In this document: positions 1-12,146 of the stretch, piece by piece
Numbering within the stretch: the first letter of the stretch is position 1
How the letters are laid out: each line of letters opens with the position of its first letter
Assembly (NCBI GenBank): GCA_963707025.1
Contig: CAVPOM010000005.1
Coordinates: 32,001 to 96,000 of the forward strand
Direction of reading: 5' to 3'
Length of the DNA stretch: 64,000 bases
Source: an uncultured Verrucomicrobiae bacterium
GTDB taxonomy: Bacteria > Verrucomicrobiota > Verrucomicrobiia > Limisphaerales > Palsa-1400
The notes under the pieces: generated by a model
Database searches by the model: none
Told to the model about the DNA's origin: nothing
Seen by the model: only the letters and a program-made list of their open reading frames with translations
Position numbers and translations under genes: made by a program

Positions 1-2
1 AG

Positions 3-1244
3 GATTTGTTTGGCATCAAATTGATCGGGCATCCCAACCCCAACCGCTGCGTGCTGCACGACGACTGGCCGGAGGTTTGGCCGCTGCGCAAGGACTTCGA
101 GGCGCGGGCCAAGCTGCCGCCCTTCACCGGCACGCGGCACAAGTTCCGCCGCGTCGAAGGCGAAGGGGTGTTCCAGGTGCCGGTCGGCCCCGTCCATGCC
201 GGCGTCATTGAGCCGGGCCATTTTCTGTTCAGCGTGGCGGGCGAACCGGTGCTCTACCTGCAATTGCGGATGTTTTACGTGCATAAGGGGATTGAGAAAC
301 TGTTTGAGACGCTGCCCATTTCTCATGGGGTGCGGCTGGCGGAGAGCATTTCCGGGGATTCCAGCTTCGCGCATGCCACCGCCTTCTGCCACGCGCTGGA
401 ACGGGCCGCGGCAAAGGAAGCGCCGCCGCGGGGGCGGGCGTTGCGCACCATTTGCCTGGAATTGGAGCGGCTCTACAACCATGTCGGCGACATCGGGGCG
501 ATCTGCAACGACGTCGCGTTCGTCACCGCCAACATGCATGCCCTGCGGCTGAAGGAGAGCGTCCTGCGCCTGAACGAGGAATTGACCGGCAACCGCCTCC
601 TGCGCGGCATGGCCTGCCCGGGCGGGGTGCGTTTTGATTTCGACGCCGGCCAACTGGGCGCCCTGGCCGCGCTGCTGGACCGGTTCGAGAAAGAGTTCAA
701 GGTGCTGGTCGAATTGATCCGCTCCAATTCCGGCACCCGGGACCGGCTGGAAACCACCGGGGTGCTCAAGCCGGAAGTGGCGGCCAACCTGGGCATCGTG
801 GGCCTGGCGGGGCGCGCCTCCGGCTTCGATCACGACCTGCGCCGGGATTGCCCCCACGCCTTTTATGACCAGGTGCAATTCAGCGTGCCGGTGTTCACCG
901 AGGGCGACGTGCAGCGCCGCATGGTCGTGCGCCGCGAGGAACTGTTCCAATCCTGCGCCATCCTCCGGCAAGTGCTGGGGAAGCTGCCCGCCGGCCCCAT
1001 CGCCGCCCCCATCGGCGAAGTCCCGCCCGGCCGGGTGGCGCTGGGCTATGTGGAAGGCTGGCGCGGCGAGATTTTTCACTGGATCCACACCGCGCCCGGC
1101 AACCGGCTGGCCCGCTGCAAAATCAAGGATCCGTCCCTGCAAAACTGGCCGGCCCTGACCGAGGCCATTTTGGGCAACGTCATCCCGGATTTTCCGGCCG
1201 TCAACAAGAGTTTCAACCTGTCCTATTCGGGGACGGACCGCTGA
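3..1244 (+). CDS. Group-4 hydrogenase-like large subunit (HyfG/HycE/NuoCD family), Ehr type lacking NiFe ligands; 5' end outside the window
   Basis: NuoC-like HPNP..WPLRKDF then NuoD-like GPVHAGVIEPGHF, HKGIEKL, ELERLYNH, VEGWRGE, KIKDPS. L1 site reads ESISGDS instead of RxCGxC; C-terminus reads KSFNLSYSGTDR instead of DPCxxC. Confidence 0.9.
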   Translation, partial: DLFGIKLIGHPNPNRCVLHDDWPEVWPLRKDFEARAKLPPFTGTRHKFRRVEGEGVFQVPVGPVHAGVIEPGHFLFSVAGEPVLYLQLRMFYVHKGIEKLFETLPISHGVRLAESISGDSSFAHATAFCHALERAAAKEAPPRGRALRTICLELERLYNHVGDIGAICNDVAFVTANMHALRLKESVLRLNEELTGNRLLRGMACPGGVRFDFDAGQLGALAALLDRFEKEFKVLVELIRSNSGTRDRLETTGVLKPEVAANLGIVGLAGRASGFDHDLRRDCPHAFYDQVQFSVPVFTEGDVQRRMVVRREELFQSCAILRQVLGKLPAGPIAAPIGEVPPGRVALGYVEGWRGEIFHWIHTAPGNRLARCKIKDPSLQNWPALTEAILGNVIPDFPAVNKSFNLSYSGTDR

Positions 1245-1246
1245 TT

Positions 1247-2140
1247 ATGTTTGACATCATTCGGCAAAGTTTGAAAACGGGGGTCGTGACCAGCCCTTAC
1301 CCGGCGGCCCCGGCGGAAGTCTCCGCGCGCGCGCGCGGCCGGCCGGAAATTGACTGGGCCAACTGGCAGGACGCCCGGCCCGCCGCGGCGGTGTGTCCCA
1401 CCGGCGCCATCTCCTTGGAGGACGCCAAGGGAGGGCAGGTCGCCCGGCTGGATCTGGCCAAGTGCATCTTCTGCGGCCTGTGCGCGGAAGCGGGCGCGGG
1501 CATCCGCATGACCAACCTGTGCGAATGCGCCGCCCGCCGGCGCGCCGACCTGGTGACCAGCGCCGGCTACAGTCTCAAGAACGACGGCTCGCACGAGCGG
1601 CTGGTTTCGCCGCCCGAGGCGGAAACACCCCGGCCCAGCGGGTCTTCCCCGGCGTCCGGCGAGTCCTTTGAAGCTCTCGGACGCCGCCTCAAGGAGCGGG
1701 CGGAGCAAATGTTCGGCCGTTCCCTCCATATCCGCCAGGTGGACGCCGGTTCCTGCAACGGCTGCGAAGTGGAAATCGCCGGGCTGAACAGCCCGGTTTA
1801 TGACATTGAGCGATTCGGCATTCATTTCGTCGCGTCGCCGCGCCATGCCGACTTGCTCCTGGTGACCGGCCCGGTCACGCGCAACATGGAACTGGCTTTG
1901 CGGAAAACTTACGAAGCCACGCCCGAGCCGCGACTGGTTGTGGCGGTGGGTGCGTGCGGCTGCAGCGGCGGCATTTTCGGCCAGAATTACGCCACTTGCG
2001 GCGGGGTGGATTCCATCCTGCCGGTGGATGTCTATATCCCCGGCTGCCCGCCCAATCCGCAGGCGTTGCTGCACGGAATCCTGACGGCCATCGGGCGGAT
2101 GGAACCGGCCGCGAGCCTCAGCCGCCGTCCGCGGGTGTGA
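1247..2140 (+). CDS. Hydrogenase-4/Ehr small subunit (NuoB/HyfI-like) fused to an N-terminal ferredoxin-like (NuoI/HyfH-like) domain
   Basis: DAGSCNGCE, ASPRHADLLLVTG, GACGCSGG, PGCPP motifs; N-terminal CPTGAI and CIFCGLC; starts 2 nt after the large subunit. Confidence 0.9.
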   Translation: MFDIIRQSLKTGVVTSPYPAAPAEVSARARGRPEIDWANWQDARPAAAVCPTGAISLEDAKGGQVARLDLAKCIFCGLCAEAGAGIRMTNLCECAARRRADLVTSAGYSLKNDGSHERLVSPPEAETPRPSGSSPASGESFEALGRRLKERAEQMFGRSLHIRQVDAGSCNGCEVEIAGLNSPVYDIERFGIHFVASPRHADLLLVTGPVTRNMELALRKTYEATPEPRLVVAVGACGCSGGIFGQNYATCGGVDSILPVDVYIPGCPPNPQALLHGILTAIGRMEPAASLSRRPRV

Positions 2141-2353
2141 AATATCCACGGCAGGATAAGGACAGGATTGCTTTGCCAGCGGGTCCGGGCGCCCGCAACT
2201 TCGCTCACAACTGGATTAGTAATCAAAGTTGAGCCTGAGTTCTCCTGGCCACGGGATGGCCTTGACAAGGCCCGCGGGAGGAAAAAGCATGGCTTGCCGT
2301 CTAACTGGGCAGAGCGCCTGGCAGGAATGTCTTGCTGGCGATGCGATTGGATT

Positions 2354-5300
2354 ATGAAACGAATGATTAAGTTCCCGGTCTTTGCGCTGATGATGGCAAT
2401 ACAATTCTCATTGTGCGCGGGCCAGCGGGACGATTTGTGGCGGCAGGTCAATGACGCGGTGCAAAAGGGCCTGCCGAAAACTGCCATTACCAACCTGGAA
2501 CCGATCATCGCCGGCGCGCTCCAGGACAAGGCTTACCCCGAAGCGGCCAAGGCCATCGCAAAAAAAATCGCGCTGCAAGGAACCGTCGAAGGCAACAAAC
2601 CCGAGGAAAGGATTGTCCGGCTGGAAGCGGAAATGGCGCGCGCCCCCAAGGAAATGACGCCGGTGCTGGAAACCCTGCTGGCGCATTGGTATTGGCAGTA
2701 CTTTCAGCAGAATCGCTGGCGGTTCGTGCAGCGCACGGCGACGGCCCAGACGCCGGGAAAAGATTTTAGGACCTGGGACTTGCCACGGCTTTTTGCCGAA
2801 ATTGACCGGCACTTCCAACAGTCACTCGCGGCGGAAAAAATTCTCAAAGCCACGCCGATTAGCGCCTGGGATGACCTGATCGAAAAAGGCACGATGCCGG
2901 ACAGCCATCGGCCCACCCTCTACGATTTCATCGCCCAGGAGGCGCTGGAGTTTTACACCTCGGGCGAACAGGCGGCGGCCAAGCCCCAGGACGCCTTCGA
3001 GCTGGCGGCGGACAGTCCGATTTTTCTTTCGGCGGCGGAATTTCTAAACTGGGTGGATCGTCTGGCCGGCAATACGAACGCGGCGGCGGTGAGGGCCATG
3101 GTGATTTATCGCGATCTGCTGCGCTTTCATCAGAACGACCCCGCACCGCGGCTGGCGTTCGCGGCGGCGGATTTGGAGCGGCTGACCTGGGGCTGGAACG
3201 CGGCCTTCGGCGAGGACAAGAACGCGCGTTACAAGGCCGCGCTCGAAGCTTTTATCCGCGACTACGCCGATTTCGACATCTCGGCGCTCGCCAGCGAACG
3301 CGAAGGCCGCGTGCTTCAGCAGGAAGGCGATCTGGTCGCGGCCCATGATCTGGCCGGTCGCGGCGCGAAACTTTTTCCAAACTCGCCCGGCGGGAAACTT
3401 TGCCACAATCTGGCCATCGAAATCGAAGCGAAGTCGGCGGGGATCACCACCGAGCGGGTCTGGAACGCGCCGTGGCCGAAGATTTCCGTTCACTACAGGA
3501 ATGTGGAGGCCGTTTATTTTCGCGCCATTCCGGTGGATTGGGAAATGTTCCTGCAACGGAGCCATAATCGTCCGGAAAATCTGAGCGACGCGGAGCGCCG
3601 GGAAATTCTGGCCAAAGCTCCCGCGCTGGCCTGGTCGGCGAAATTGCCGCCGACGGCCGATTTCAAGGAGAAGACCTTCGCGGCGGACGCGCCGGAAAAC
3701 CTGAAACCGGGCCATTACTTTATCGCCGCAAGCCACGACGAGGGATTCGGCGAAAAGGACAACTTCGTTTCGATGGCGGAGGTTTGGGTGAGCGAATTGG
3801 CGCTGATCACGCGCACGCGCGGCGGCAATATCGAAGGCTTCGTCCTGGAGGCCAATTCCGGCGAGCCCGTCCGCGGCGCGGAAATTTCCGTCTGGCATCT
3901 GGACAATAACAACGGCAACCGCGTGGCCGATCCGAATCTGGCGACGGACACGAACGGATTTTTCTCCATGAAGCCGGAGCCAAATCGCGCCTACCTTTTT
4001 CGCGCGCGACACCACGGGAGGGAACTGGCCACGGCCCAGGACACCTGGTGGTATCCGTGGAACCAGCGGGAGGAACGGGGCCCGTATGCGGCGACCCTGT
4101 TCTTCACCGACCGGGCCATTTATCGGCCCGGGCAAATGATCCAATACAAGGGCATTTGTGTTTGGACGGATCCGACCAAGGACAACTATGAAACGCTCAA
4201 AGGCGAGCAGGTGACCGTGCTGTTCCGCGACGCCAACGGCAAGGAAGTAGCGCGGCAAAGCCAGCGGGCCAACGACTATGGGTCCTTCGCCGGGAGCTTC
4301 ACCGCTCCGCGCGACCGGCTGATGGGCGCGATGACATTGTCTGCCGAGGGGCGCGCGTCCGGCGCCGCCCATTTCCGGGTCGAAGAATACAAGCGTCCCA
4401 AGTTCGAGGTCACGCTGGAGGCGCCAACCACGGCGGCGAAGCTGAACGAAACGGCCAGCCTCACCGGCCACGCCATGAGCTACACCGGCGCGGCGGTGGA
4501 CGGCGCGGAAGTCAAATATCGCGTGGTGCGCGAGGTGCGGATGCCATGGTGGTGGGGTTGGTGGGGGCGCGGCCCGCAAAATCAGAGCCAGGAAATTGCC
4601 CACGGCACGGCGCGGACTGGCGCCGACGGCTCGTTCAAAATAGAATTCACGGCAAAACCCGACCCGAAGGTATTGGAAAAGGACGAGCCGACTTTTGTTT
4701 TCCAAATCAGCGCCGACGTGACGGACGGCGCGGGCGAAACCCGCTCGGCGGAGCGCGGCGTGCGGGTTGGCTACACCGCGCTGGAAGCCATGCTTTCGGC
4801 GGACGATTGGCAGACGGCGGACAAGCCGGTGGAAATGAGCATCGCCACAAAGACGCTGGACGGCGAGCCGCAGCCGGCGGAAGGCAGCGTGAAAATTTAC
4901 GAGTTGCAACCGCCGGAAAAAGTGCAGCGCGGGCCGCTGGCCGGAGGATATTCTTATTGGGGCGGACAGCCCGGCAATGGCAGCGGGGACGAGAACGATT
5001 TGGCAGATCCCAACCACTGGCCGCTGGGCAAGGTCGCGGCGGAACACGCCTTCAGCACGGACACCAATGGCGCGGTGAAGCTGTCCTTCGCTCTCGGCGC
5101 GGGCGCCTATCGGGCAGTGTTGGAGACGCAGGATCGTTTTGGCAAACACGTTACCGGCAGGCTGCCGCTGCGCGTGCTGCAGCCGGACGCGGCGAAGCTG
5201 GCGATCAAGATTCCGCATCTGCTGACGGCGCCGCATTGGGAGGCGCAGCCGGGGGAAGAGTTCCTGGCGCTGTGGGGGACGGGCTACGACGAAGGCCGCG

Positions 5301-8300
5301 CCTTTGTCGAGATCGAGCAGCGCAACAAAATCATCCGTCATTTTTGGACGGAACCGGGCCGGACGCAGCAGCAAATCAATTTGGCCGTGACGGAGGCCCT
5401 GCGCGGCGGCTTCACGCTGCACCTCACGCAGGTGCGCGAAAACCGGGCGTATCTGGATTCACGCAGAATCTCCGTGCCGTGGAAGAACAAGGAACTGGCG
5501 CTCACCTGGGAACATTTCACCTCGAAATTGCAGCCGGGCCAGAAGGAAACCTGGACGGCGGTCGTCACCGGCCCGGGCGCGGAGAAATCGGTCGCGGAAA
5601 TGGCGGCGGCGCTTTACGACGAATCGCTGGACGCCTTCGCGGCGCACGACTGGCAGCACGGGTTCGCTTTTCGCGAGGATTATTCGACGGCGCAGGCGCA
5701 GTTTATGAATTTCGCCAGCCAGTTCAACCGGGTTTTTGAGGCGTGGAATGCGGGAGGCGAAAGGGTGGAAATCACTTACCGGCATTTTCCGCAAGACCTG
5801 ACGGACAATTTCTGGGGCTATGCTTTCTTCAGGACAAGAGCCTTGGGCGGCGTCGCCACGCTGGGTGGCAACGTGGAGGGAATAATGGCGGACAGGTTGG
5901 CTGATGCCAACGCGCCGATGCCAACATTAGCCCCAGCCGCATCATCAGCATCGGCGGTACCCGCGGGGATTCCCCCCGGGGCATGGCAGGGATGGCATGG
6001 GGCGAGGTGGCTGCCCAGAAAGAAGGCGGCGGCGGCGGCGGCGGCGGTGGCGAAGCCGGGCGGCCTCCGGCGCGGCCGGTTGACTGGAGCAACGTCAGCG
6101 CGCGAAAGAATCTGGAGGAGACCGCCTTTTTCTTCCCGCAGTTGATGTCGGATTCCAACGGGATCGCGCGCATGACGTTCACGATGCCGGAGGCGCTGAC
6201 GAAATGGCATTTCCTGGGTTTCGCGCATGATCAGAAACTGCGCGCCGGTTTTCTCGAGGGCCACGCCGTCACCGCCAAGGACATCATGGTGCAGCCCAAT
6301 CCGCCGCGCTTCCTGCGCGAGGGCGACACGGTGGAGTTCACCGTCAAAGTGTCCAATCAAAGCGGCCAGCGGCAGAGCGGCCGCGTGCGGCTCACCTTCG
6401 GCGACATGGCCCGCGGGGAGAGCGCCGACAAACTCCTGGGCAACGCCAAACCGGAGCAGAGCTTCGACATTCCGGCGAAGGAATCGCGCAGCTTCGCCTG
6501 GCGCATCGCCGTGCCGGACGGCGCGCCCTTCCTGAGTTACAAAGCCGTGGCGGCGACGGGTGAACTTTCCGACGGTGAAGAAGGCGGTCTGCCTGTTTTG
6601 TCGCGGCGCATTTTTGTCACAGAGTCGCTGCCGCTGGCGGTGCGCGGGCCGGCCACGAACAAATTTGAGTTCAAAAAACTGGCCGAGTCCGGCCAATCGA
6701 AAACGCTGCAGAGCCAGAGCGTGACGGTGGAGATGGTGTCGAACCCGGCGTGGTACGCGGTGCTGGCGCTGCCGTATTTGATGGAATATCCCTACGAATG
6801 CAGCGAGCAGACCTTCAACCGGCTGTACGCCAACGCGCTGGCGCGGCACATCGCCAATCACGATCCCAAAATCCGCGCCGTGTTCGAGCAGTGGAAAAAC
6901 ACGCCGGCGCTGGACTCGCCCTTGGAAAAGAACCAGGATCTCAAAGCGGTCATGCTGGAAGAGACGCCCTGGCTGCGCCAGGCGCAGAGCGAAAGCCAGG
7001 CGCGGCGCAATGTCGGAATGCTCTTTGACGACAACCGGCTGAATTACGAAACCGACGCGACGCTGCGCAAATTGACCGAGATGCAACTGGCGGACGGGCG
7101 CTGGCCGTGGTTCCCCGGCGGGCCGGGCAACGATTACATCACCCTTTACATCGTCACCGGTTTCGGCCGGCTGCGGCATCTGGGCGCGGACCTGGCGGCG
7201 GCCCCGGCGCTGCGCGCGCTGGCGCGGCTGGATGAATGGATGACGGAGCATTACGCGGACATCCAAAAGAACATGGCGCAGCCGGACGAGTACGTGCCGG
7301 GCGCGACGGACGCGCTGTATTTGTATGGCCGGAGTTTTTTCCTGAAGGACAGGCCGGTGGCGCCGCCGCACCGGACGGCGATGGAATTTTTCCTGAAACA
7401 GTCGCGGAAATTCTGGCTGCAAACCAACTGCCGCCAGTCGCAAGGGCAACTGGCCATTGCGCTGCAGCGCTGGGGCGGCGAGGAAAACCTGGCGGTGGGG
7501 CAGGCCATCATGCGCTCGATCAAGGAGCGCAGCGTGAGCAACCCGGAGATGGGCATGTTCTGGCGCGATACCGAACTGAGCTGGTGGTGGTATCGCGCGC
7601 CGATTGAAACGCAGGCGCTGATGATCGAGGCGTTTGACGAAGTGATGCACGATCAGCCGGCGGTGGAGGATTGCCGCGTCTGGCTGCTCAAGCAAAAGCA
7701 GACGCAGGATTGGAAGACGACCAAGGCCACCGCGGATGCGGTTTACGCCCTGCTCTTGCGCGGGGCGGATTTGCTTTCCAGCACCGCGCTGGCGGAGGTG
7801 ACCCTGGGCGGAATCAACGTGACCCCCGGCCAAAATGATTTGCCAGGCCGAACGCCGAAAGCCGAAAGCCGCAATAAACCGGAGCCGGGCACCGGGTATT
7901 ACGAAGTCCGTTTTGCGCCGGCGGACATCAAACCGAAGCTGGGCGAGATCATCGTGAAGAAATCCGACGCGGGCGTGGCGTGGGGCGGCGTGCATTGGCA
8001 ATACCTGGAAGACATGAGCAAGGTTACGCCTTACGAAGGCACCCCTTTGCAGTTGAAGAAGACCTTGTTCACAAAAAGCAACACCGCGCGCGGCCCGGTG
8101 CTGCAGCCGGTCAATGGAGCGATGGCCGTGGGCGACGAACTGGTCGTGCGCCTGGAGTTGCGCACGGATCGCGACATGGAATTCATCCATCTGAAAGACC
8201 AGCGCGGCAGCGGCACCGAGCCGGTCAATGTGCTGTCGCGCTACAAATATCAGGACGGACTGGCCTATTACGAGAGCACGCGCGACACGGCGAGCCATTT

Positions 8301-8457
8301 CTTCATAGATTACCTGCCCAAGGGGGTTTACGTGTTCGAGTATTCGACCCGCGTGCAGCTTCGGGGCGAATATCAGACCGGGGTGGCGGAAATTCAGTGC
8401 ATGTACGCGCCCGAATTCAACAGCCACAGCCAGAGTCTCCGTCTCACGGTAAAATGA
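2354..8457 (+). CDS. Bacterial alpha-2-macroglobulin family protein (MG2, A2M domains), split by one frameshift near 5972-5982
   Basis: Signal peptide at ATG 2354; FTDRAIYRPG and VEEYKRPKFEV (MG2) in ORF 2168-6145; RKNLEETAFFFPQL, PNPPRFLREGD, thioester motif YPYECSEQ, MYAPEFNSHS in ORF 5983-8457; frames switch at a C6G4 run. Confidence 0.88.
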
Positions 8458-8684
8458 AAGCCTCACCAAGGTGGTTCCATCGCGGCTGCTGAAAACCGTC
8501 AACATCCCCGCAAAAGCCTTCGGGGTTCGCGGACCTTGCGCCGCGGCTTTTCGAAACAATTTCACTTGTTTGCTGTTCCTGAGCGCCAAATATCCGGGCA
8601 AATGATGGGGCAAACAGGCGCAGGCTCAAGTGGGGAATCGCGGGCGCGCTTGTAACCCCAACCGACTTCTGCTTCACTGCCCGC

Positions 8685-10452
8685 ATGCATTGGCGGCGGC
8701 TAAGAAACATGGCGTGGCTGGTGTGCGCCTTGACACTTCCCGTTCCAGCCGGGACTTACGAAGTGGCGCAACGGCATCCGCAGGCCAGCGACGATGGGGA
8801 CGGAAGCCGGGAACGGCCTTGGAAGACCATCACCCAGGCGGCCGGGAAGGCCGGGCCTGGCGACACCGTGGTGGTTGGCGATGGCATCTACCGGGAACGG
8901 GTTGTTGTCAAGCAAAACGGCACGGCCCAGGCGCCCATTATCTTCGAGGCCGCTCCGGGCGCCCACGTGGTGCTGACCGGGGCCGACCTGCTGACCGGCT
9001 GGCAGAAAGCCGGGGGCGCGCGGCCCATTTACCGGGTGGCGTGGACGCACCGGTTCATCGGCTGGGCCACCAACATGACGCACCCGGATGACCTCTATCA
9101 CCGCCTGATCGGACGGTGCGAACAGGTGGCGATTGATGGTTGCCTGCTTCGCCAGGTGCTGGAGGCCGAGCACCTGGCTCCCGGCACGTTCTTTGCGGAC
9201 ATGACCAACCAGACACTCGCGGTCTGGGATCTGGCAAATCGGGATGTGAACAAATTACCGGTGGAGGCGTCGGTCCGGCAGGAAATTCTGCGCATGGAAG
9301 GCGACTACGTGGAGGCGCGCGGGTTGCACTTTCGATTGGCCGCCAACATGGCCCAGCATGGGGCGGTGGTGCTGGCGGGCCGGCATGACTTGCTGGAGGA
9401 CTGCACGCTGGAAGAGATGAACAGCATCGGGGGGACCTTTGCCGCGGCAGACCTGGTGGTGCGGCGGTGCGCCTTCCGGGACAATGGCCAGATGGGGTTT
9501 GGGGCCAATGGCGCCCACGATCTGCTGTTCACGGAATGCCTGGTCGAGAACAACAACACCAAAGGCTTCAACCGCGGTTGGGAGGCCGGCGGCGACAAGT
9601 TGGTGTTGTGCCGCGCGGCTGTCCTGGAGCGAAGCCGGTTCCTCCGCAATCGCGGCCACGGCATCTGGTTCGATATTGGCAACGAGCACTGCGTCGTGCG
9701 CCAGTGTCTGATCGCCGACAACGAGGACTGCGGGATTTTCGACGAGATTTCCTACGGATTGCAAGCGCATGACAATGTAATTGCCGGCAACGGCTACGCC
9801 GAGACTGCCGGGGGCTGGGGCGCGCGGGCCGGCCTTTCCCTTTCCAGCAGCCCCGACAGCGTGATCGAGCGGAACCTGATTGTGGGAAACCGCGAAGGCT
9901 TCAACTTTCGCGAGCAGACCCGCACCACCCCGCGGATCGGCGGGAAGGCGGAGGAGCCGGTCTGGAATCATGATGAGACCATCCGCCGGAACATGATCGC
10001 TTTTAACCGTGATGCCCAAATCTGGGGCTGGTTTGACATGAAGGACGACCGCCACTGGCCGGCCAACGCCAGGGAACAACCCTCTGTGCCAGGGGACGAT
10101 ACGGCCAAGCCCGGCGAGACGGCGGCTCCCGGCGCGGCCAGGAATCGCGCCGGCCGCCGAGGGCCTGACTTTGGAAAAGCTGCGGCTGCGCTTTGTGGAA
10201 AACGTTTATTTTGCCGGGGCAGGGCAGGGTTGGTTCGAGTGGGGAGTAAGCTGGGGACGACACAAAAGCTATGCGACATGGAGCGACTTTCAAGCCGACC
10301 TCGGCATAGACCAAGGCAGCCGCGTGTTGGACCCGGCTTTCGTCAATCTGAACGCGCTGGATTGCCGCCTCAGACCCGGGGCGATGGCCGCCTTGAGGCG
10401 GTGCTATCCAACGGAGCCTGTGCCTGGAGTGATGCTGGGTGAACAGCCTTGA
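8685..10452 (+). CDS. Secreted right-handed parallel beta-helix protein (DUF1565-like N-terminus), probable glycan-active enzyme; frameshift near 10120-10170
   Basis: ASDDGDGSRERPWKTITQAA..PGDTVVVGDGIYRE start; GIWFDIGN, GIFDEIS and N-ladder repeats; the C-terminus continues plausibly in ORF 10171-10452 (DPAFVN...DCRLRP). Confidence 0.8.
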
Positions 10453-10507
10453 CCCTGCCTGGAGCCAGGGGAGCAGCCGGCAAATAAACTGAGCCGGCGC
10501 GGTTTCT

Positions 10508-12049
10508 TCACTGGGGCGGTTTTGGCTGCAAGCCGAACGCCTTGGGGTCGTCCTTTTCCGGTTCCTTGAGCTGGTTCCGCAGCCGGGCCACTACCTGCAT
10601 CAGGTTGGTCTGCACTCCCGCGTAGGAGGGGTTGCCGAAAACGCTGCGCATTTCGCCGGGATCTTTGTCCCGGTCGAAGAGTTCCCAGTAGTCCACGTCG
10701 GGCCAGTAGAAATGGGCCAGGGTGTAGCGCTCGGTGATGACGCCGTAATGCGGGCGCACATGGTGGTCGGCGGGGTATTCATAATAATGATAGTAAAACG
10801 CGGTGCGCCAGTCGGGGGGCGTCGCGCCTTGGAGCAAGGGAAGGAGGCTGCGTCCCTGCATGCCGTCGGGGACAGGGAGGCCGGCGGCCTGCAAGAAAGT
10901 CTCGGCGAAATCGAGATTGGAAACCAAATCCTGGTTCGTGCGACCGGGCCGGATGGTGCCCGGCCAGCGGATGAGCAGGGGCGCGCGCGCGGATTCCTGG
11001 AAAATCCAGCGCTTGTCGAACCAGCCGTGTTCGCCGAGGAAGAAGCCCTGATCGGAGGAGTAGATGACGATGGTGTTGGTGGCCAGGCCGGTGTCGTCGA
11101 GGTATTGCAAGAGGCGCCCAACGCTGTCATCCAAGCCTTTGATGCAGGCGAGGTAGTCGTGCATGAAGCGGTTGTACTTCCATTCGGTCAGCGCCCGGCC
11201 GGTGAGCTTTTGTTTCAGGAACGCCTCGTTGCGCGGCGCGTAGTAGGAGTCCCAGGTTTTTTTCTGTGCCGGCGTGAGGTCCGGCGGGTCGGAGAGTTTG
11301 CTGTCCTCGTTCAACCGCATTGTTTTGGCGATGGTCATGTTCTGGTCCGCCTCGGCCAGGCCGCGACCGGTGTAATCGTCGAACAGAGTGTCTGGCAGCG
11401 GATAGGCGCGGTCATGGTCGAAATCAAGATCGCGCAAGGCCGGTTCCCAGCCGCGGTGCGGGGCCTTGTGCCAGCAGAGGAGCAGGAACGGTTTGGACGG
11501 GTCGCGCTGTTTCAACCAGTCCAGCGACAGGCCGGTGATGAGGTCGGTGACGTAGCCGGGATGTTGCACCTTCTGGCCGTCGCGGATCATGGTTGGATTG
11601 TAGTAAACACCCTGGCCCGGCAGAATTTCCCAATGGTCAAAGCCGGTCGGGTCGCTTTCCAGATGCCACTTGCCGATCATCGCGGTCTGGTAGCCGGCGT
11701 TTTGGAGCAGTTTGGGGAAGGTGGTTTGGGAGCCGTCGAAGCGGCAGTTGGAATTGTTGTAAAAGCCGTTGATGTGGCTGTAGGCGCCGGTAATGATCGC
11801 GGCACGACACGGGCCGCACAGCGAATTGGGCACCAGACAGCGGTCGAAGCGGAGGCCTTCCCGCGCCAGCCGGTCAATGTTGGGCGTCTGGATTAACTGC
11901 CGCGATTCCCCGTAGGCACTGACCGCCTGCCAGGCGTGGTCGTCCGCCATGATGAACAGAATGTTGGGACGGTTGTCCGCGGCCCGTCCGGAAGCGACCG
12001 GCAGCAGAAACAGGACGGCGGCGAAAAGACAGGCGGGGATTTTATTCAT
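10508..12049 (-). CDS. Sulfatase (N-acetylglucosamine-6-sulfatase-like, C-terminal DUF4976-like), secreted
   Basis: RPNILFIMADDH, formylglycine motif CGPCR, GKWHL, HKAPH, SDQGFFLGEHGWFDKR; signal peptide. Confidence 0.92.
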   Translation of the reverse strand: MNKIPACLFAAVLFLLPVASGRAADNRPNILFIMADDHAWQAVSAYGESRQLIQTPNIDRLAREGLRFDRCLVPNSLCGPCRAAIITGAYSHINGFYNNSNCRFDGSQTTFPKLLQNAGYQTAMIGKWHLESDPTGFDHWEILPGQGVYYNPTMIRDGQKVQHPGYVTDLITGLSLDWLKQRDPSKPFLLLCWHKAPHRGWEPALRDLDFDHDRAYPLPDTLFDDYTGRGLAEADQNMTIAKTMRLNEDSKLSDPPDLTPAQKKTWDSYYAPRNEAFLKQKLTGRALTEWKYNRFMHDYLACIKGLDDSVGRLLQYLDDTGLATNTIVIYSSDQGFFLGEHGWFDKRWIFQESARAPLLIRWPGTIRPGRTNQDLVSNLDFAETFLQAAGLPVPDGMQGRSLLPLLQGATPPDWRTAFYYHYYEYPADHHVRPHYGVITERYTLAHFYWPDVDYWELFDRDKDPGEMRSVFGNPSYAGVQTNLMQVVARLRNQLKEPEKDDPKAFGLQPKPPQ

Positions 12050-12146
12050 ACATTACGGTGGCCCCTGGCACGGTTGATTGGTTCGGTCCGCTGGGAATGT
12101 TTGGATCTGGTCATCGTCCTCAACTGGGCACACTGGTCCCGTTTGC

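Noticed and set aside
5818..8613. 931-aa minus-strand ORF, and other long antisense ORFs (3044-5422, 30034-32814, 34945-37383, 22968-24737)
   Set aside because: Shadow ORFs opposite well-supported genes; expected at high GC; no family motifs.
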